The notes beneath the pieces are model-generated. The model saw only the letters and a list, made by a program, of their open reading frames with translations. It ran no database searches and was not told where the DNA came from. DNA of 63,306 nucleotides, the filler included, from Chiloscyllium plagiosum (Eukaryota): NCBI RefSeq assembly GCF_004010195.1. It is 4 parts of 4 records of this genome, joined end to end, with 100 filler letters (N's around TTAATTAATTAA, not from the genome) between each part and the next. Parts side by side here need not be neighbours in the genome. Positions count along the whole stretch, not along the records: positions 52,807 to 63,306 come from NW_025205439.1; 3 more parts are not named here. The stretch is one strand, 5' to 3'. How positions within the stretch are numbered: position 1 is the first letter of the stretch; the number at the start of each line of letters is the position of its first letter. Below are positions 59,730 through 63,306 of the stretch, one piece after another. The translations under genes were made by a program, and so were the position numbers.

Positions 59730-62700
59730 ACAGCAGGGCTCACAGTCCAGTGGGTTCAGTGTTCCAGGGGTTTGGGGAAACTCTCCAGAAGTCTTTAAGA
59801 AACAGGAGCAGAAATCAGCCATTCAGCCCATGGAATCTGCTCTGCCATTTGATCTTGGCAGATATGCTTCTCACCCTCATTCTCCTACCTGCTCCTCAGG
59901 AACCTTCCATCCCCTTAACAATCATGAACCTATCTATCTTTGTCTTAAATACGCTCAGTGACTTGGGCTCCACTGCCCTCTGTAACAATGAGTTCCACAG
60001 ATTCCCCACCGTCTGGCTGAAGAAATTCCTCCTCATCCCAGCTCTAAAGGGTCGGCCCTTCATTCTGAGGCTGTGCCTTGGTTACCTAGTCTCTCCTGTA
60101 TTTGGAGACATCTTCTCTGCATCCACTCTATCCAGGCCTATCAGTATTCTGTAAATTTCAATAAGATCCCTCCTCATCCTTCTAAACTCCATCGAGTACA
60201 GACCCAGGGTCCTCAACCACGCCTCATATGACAAGCTCTTCATCCCCAGGATCATTCTTGTAAACACCTTCAATGCCAGCACATTGTTTCTTAGAATATG
60301 GGTCCCAAAACTGCTCACAATATTCCAAATTCAGTCTGACCAGAGCCTTACACAGCCTCAGCAGTACATCTCTGCCCTAGTATTCTAGCCATATTGAAAT
60401 GAATGCTAACATTTCATTTGCCTTCCCAAGCACAAACTGGATCTGCCTGTTAACCTTAAGAGAAACCTGAATGAGGTTTGTGCTTTAAATCTCCAAAGGC
60501 TTTCTTTATTTAGAAAATACCTCCATACCCTGACTCCATTGATGCCTGGAAGATCATCACCAATGTCCCCACAATCTCCTCAGTGATCTCCTTCAGAACA
60601 CACTGGTGTAGTTCATCCAGTCTGGGTGAGTTATCCACATTCAGACCTTCCAGCTTCCCCAGTACCTCCTCCTTAGTGATGGCCATTACACTCCCCTCTG
60701 CCCCCTGACAGTCTTGAAGCACTGGGACATTGCTGGTATTTTCCATTGTGCAGACTGATGTAATGTATGGATTCAATTCCTTTTTCTTCATTTTCCTATT
60801 ATTCTTTTTCCAATGTCTATTTCTGCCTCCCTCTTCATTTTTATATATCTGATGAAACTCTTGCAATNNNNNNNNNNNNNNNNNNNNNNNNNNNNNNNNN
60901 NNNNNNNNNNNNNNNNNNNNNNNNNNNNNNNNNNNNNNNNNNNNNNNNNNNNNNNNNNNNNNNNNNNNNNNNNNNNNNNNNNNNNNNNNNNNNNNNNNNN
61001 NNNNNNNNNNNNNNNNNNNNNNNNNNNNNNNNNNNNNNNNNNNNNNNNNNNNNNNNNNNNNNNNNNNNNNNNNNNNNNNNNNNNNNNNNNNNNNNNNNNN
61101 NNNNNNNNNNNNNNNNNNNNNNNNNNNNNNNNNNNNNNNNNNNNNNNNNNNNNNNNNNNNNNNNNNNNNNNNNNNNNNNNNNNNNNNNNNNNNNNNNNNN
61201 NNNNNNNNNNNNNNNNNNNNNNNNNNNNNNNNNNNNNNNNNNNNNNNNNNNNNNNNNNNNNNNNNNNNNNNNNNNNNNNNNNNNNNNNNNNNNNNNNNNN
61301 NNNTACAGCTGAGCCTCCCGTGGTGCCATGGACTTGCCTCTGGCTGCACTCCCCAGATGAACCATCATTCTCATCAGGATTCTGAACTGAATCTTGGTTG
61401 TAGAGTGGGATGCACTCGGGGGATTTCTGTACTAGCTGCCTGGTCCTGTTGGACTGTCTGCTGCTCCCCCATTCCCTCTCTCCCTGCATACTCTGAAGCT
61501 GCAGAGTGACCACATCTAGAAACGTGCTCTCCATGGAGCTCTCAGCCTCACGGATGCTCTGCACTGACACCTGCTGCTGCTCAAGCTCCGAACCCTGGAG
61601 CTCCAACTGCTGTCACTGACCACACTTCATGTACTCATGGTATTCCAGGAGCGGGGAAACATTCTGAAGTTCCCACATGGATGCACACTCTTTCCACTCT
61701 TGGATTGTCTCTTTGCAGAGTTCTGATGACAAACAGCTATAGCAGGGCTCACAGTCCAGTGGGTTCAGTGTTCCAGGGGTTTGGGGAAACTGTCCAGAAG
61801 ACTTTAAGAAACAGGAGCAGAAATCAGCCATTCAGCCCATTGAATCTGCTCTGCCATTTGATCTTGGCAGATATGCTTCTCATCTCCATGCTCCTGCCTA
61901 CTCCACAGGAACTTTCCATCCCCTTGACAATCATGAACCTATCTATCTCTGTCTTAAATACACTCAGTGACTTGGCCTGCACTGCCCTCTGTAACAATGA
62001 GTTCCACAGATTCCCCATCCTCTGGCTGAAGAAATTCCTCCTCATCTCATCTCACCGTGCCGTGTGGGTGGCACGGTGGCACAGTGGTTAGCACTGTTGC
62101 CTCACAGTGCCGGAGACCCGGGTTCAATTCCCGCCTCAGGCAACTGACTGTTTGGAGTTTGCACATTCTCCACGTGTCTGTGTGGGTTTCCTCTGGGTGC
62201 TCCGGTTTCCTCCAACAGTCCAAAGATGTGCAGGTTAGGTGATTTGGCCATGCTAAATTGCCCATAGTGTTAGGTAAGGGGTAAATGTAGGGGTATGGGT
62301 GGGTTGCGCTTCGGCGGGTCAGTGTGGACTTGTTGGGCCTGTTTCCACATTGTAATCTAATCTAATCTAATTTAAAGGGTCGGCCCTTCATTCTGAGGCT
62401 GTGCCTTGGTTACCTAGTCTCTCCTGTTTTTGGAAACATCTTCTCCCCATCGACTCTATCCAGGCCTATCAGCATTCTGCAAATTTCAATAAGATCCCTC
62501 CTCATCCTTCTAAACGCGATTGAGTACAGACCCAGAGTCCTCAAACATGCCTCATATGACAAGCCCTTCATCCCCAGGATCATTCTTGTAAACACCTTCA
62601 ATGCCAGCACATTGTTTCTTAGAATATGGGTCCCAAATCTGCTCACAATATTCCAAATTCAGTCTGACCAGAGCCTTACACAGCCTCAGCAGTACATCTC

Positions 62701-63306
62701 TGCCCTTGTGTTCTCGCCATATTGAAATGAATGCTAACATTTCATTTGCCTTCCCAAGCACAAACTGGACCTGCCTGTTAACCTTAAGAGAAACCTGACT
62801 GAGGTTTGTGCTTTAGATCTCCAAAGGCTTTCCTTATTTAGAAAATACCTCCACACCCTGACTCAATTGATTCCTGAAAGATCATCACCAATGTCCCCAT
62901 AACCTCCTCAGTGATCTCCTTCAGAACACACTGGTGTAGTTCATCCAGTCTGGGTGAGTTATCCACATTAAGACTTTTCAGCTTCCCCTGACAGTCTTGA
63001 AGTACTAGGACACTGCTGGTGTTTTCCATTGTGCAGACTGATGTAATGTATGGATTCAATTCCTTTTTCTTCATTTTCCTATTATTCTTTTTCCAATGTC
63101 TATTTCTGCCTCCCTCTTCATTTTTATATATCTGATGAAACTCTTGCAATCTTCTTTTATATTACTTGTTCGCTTTCCCCCACATTTCACCTTCTGTACA
63201 CTGAATGTTTTTTTTTAGTTATCCTCTACAGGTTTTTAAAGACTTCCTAATCCTCTGGCTTCCCACTATTCTTCACCACATTGTATGCCTTTTCCTTTTG
63301 CTTTTA
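59730..63306 (-). mobile_element. Tandemly duplicated composite of CR1-like fragments (59730-60867 repeated at about 61737-63150)
   Basis: Near-identical blocks; FTRMILGMK.LSYE..LRTLGLYS and SPRLDELHQCVLKEITEEI motifs; a CR1 ORF1-like piece at 61305-61700. Confidence 0.8.
62068..62372 (+). mobile_element. HE1-like SINE, full length, inserted only in the second copy of the duplication
   Basis: gtggcacggtggcacagtggttagcactg...gggttcaattccc (A/B boxes) and a (tctaa)n tail; the empty site is near 60040. Confidence 0.9.

Noticed and set aside
62068-62140. tRNA genes at the SINE heads
   Set aside because: The A/B boxes continue into the SINE body and tail in every copy, and I see no complete cloverleaf.

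Overview
This is eukaryotic DNA from a cartilaginous fish, most likely a shark. The V, J and C sequences resemble nurse-shark-type Ig genes as I recall them, and HE1-type SINEs are present. The window is not one continuous locus. Three artificial 100-bp linkers (44 N + TTAATTAATTAA + 44 N) join four pieces. Piece A (1-15035) is a minus-strand IgM heavy-chain cluster: leader, VH, a gap, D2, JH, a ~10.8-kb intron and Cmu1. Piece B (15136-40958) holds a kappa-type light-chain C exon with one nonsense codon, an old segmental duplication, Penelope-like elements with hammerhead-ribozyme cores, and a Tx1-clade (Keno-like) retrotransposon whose 5' end is a U2 snRNA fragment. Piece C (41059-52706) is a plus-strand IgM-type cluster L-VH-D1-D2-JH with all RSSs readable (23 | 12/22 | 12/12 | 23). 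Piece D (52807-63306) is a kappa-type L-V(12-RSS)-(23-RSS)J unit whose J splice donor is lost. The rest is mostly CR1/HER1-like LINE debris, SINEs and simple repeats. The most interesting signals are: (1) the U2-headed retrotransposon, inserted away from a U2 gene, with the U2 branch-point-recognition bases deleted and its empty paralogous site in the same piece; (2) two families of minimal dimer-type hammerhead ribozymes that show covariation, one copy pair inside a ~204-bp palindrome; (3) a coherent set of RSS deviations in cluster C; (4) a copy-number-variable 45-bp repeat just downstream of JH. I see no convincing wholly new biological system; these are unusual instances of known families. 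All family assignments come from motif recognition, not database searches.
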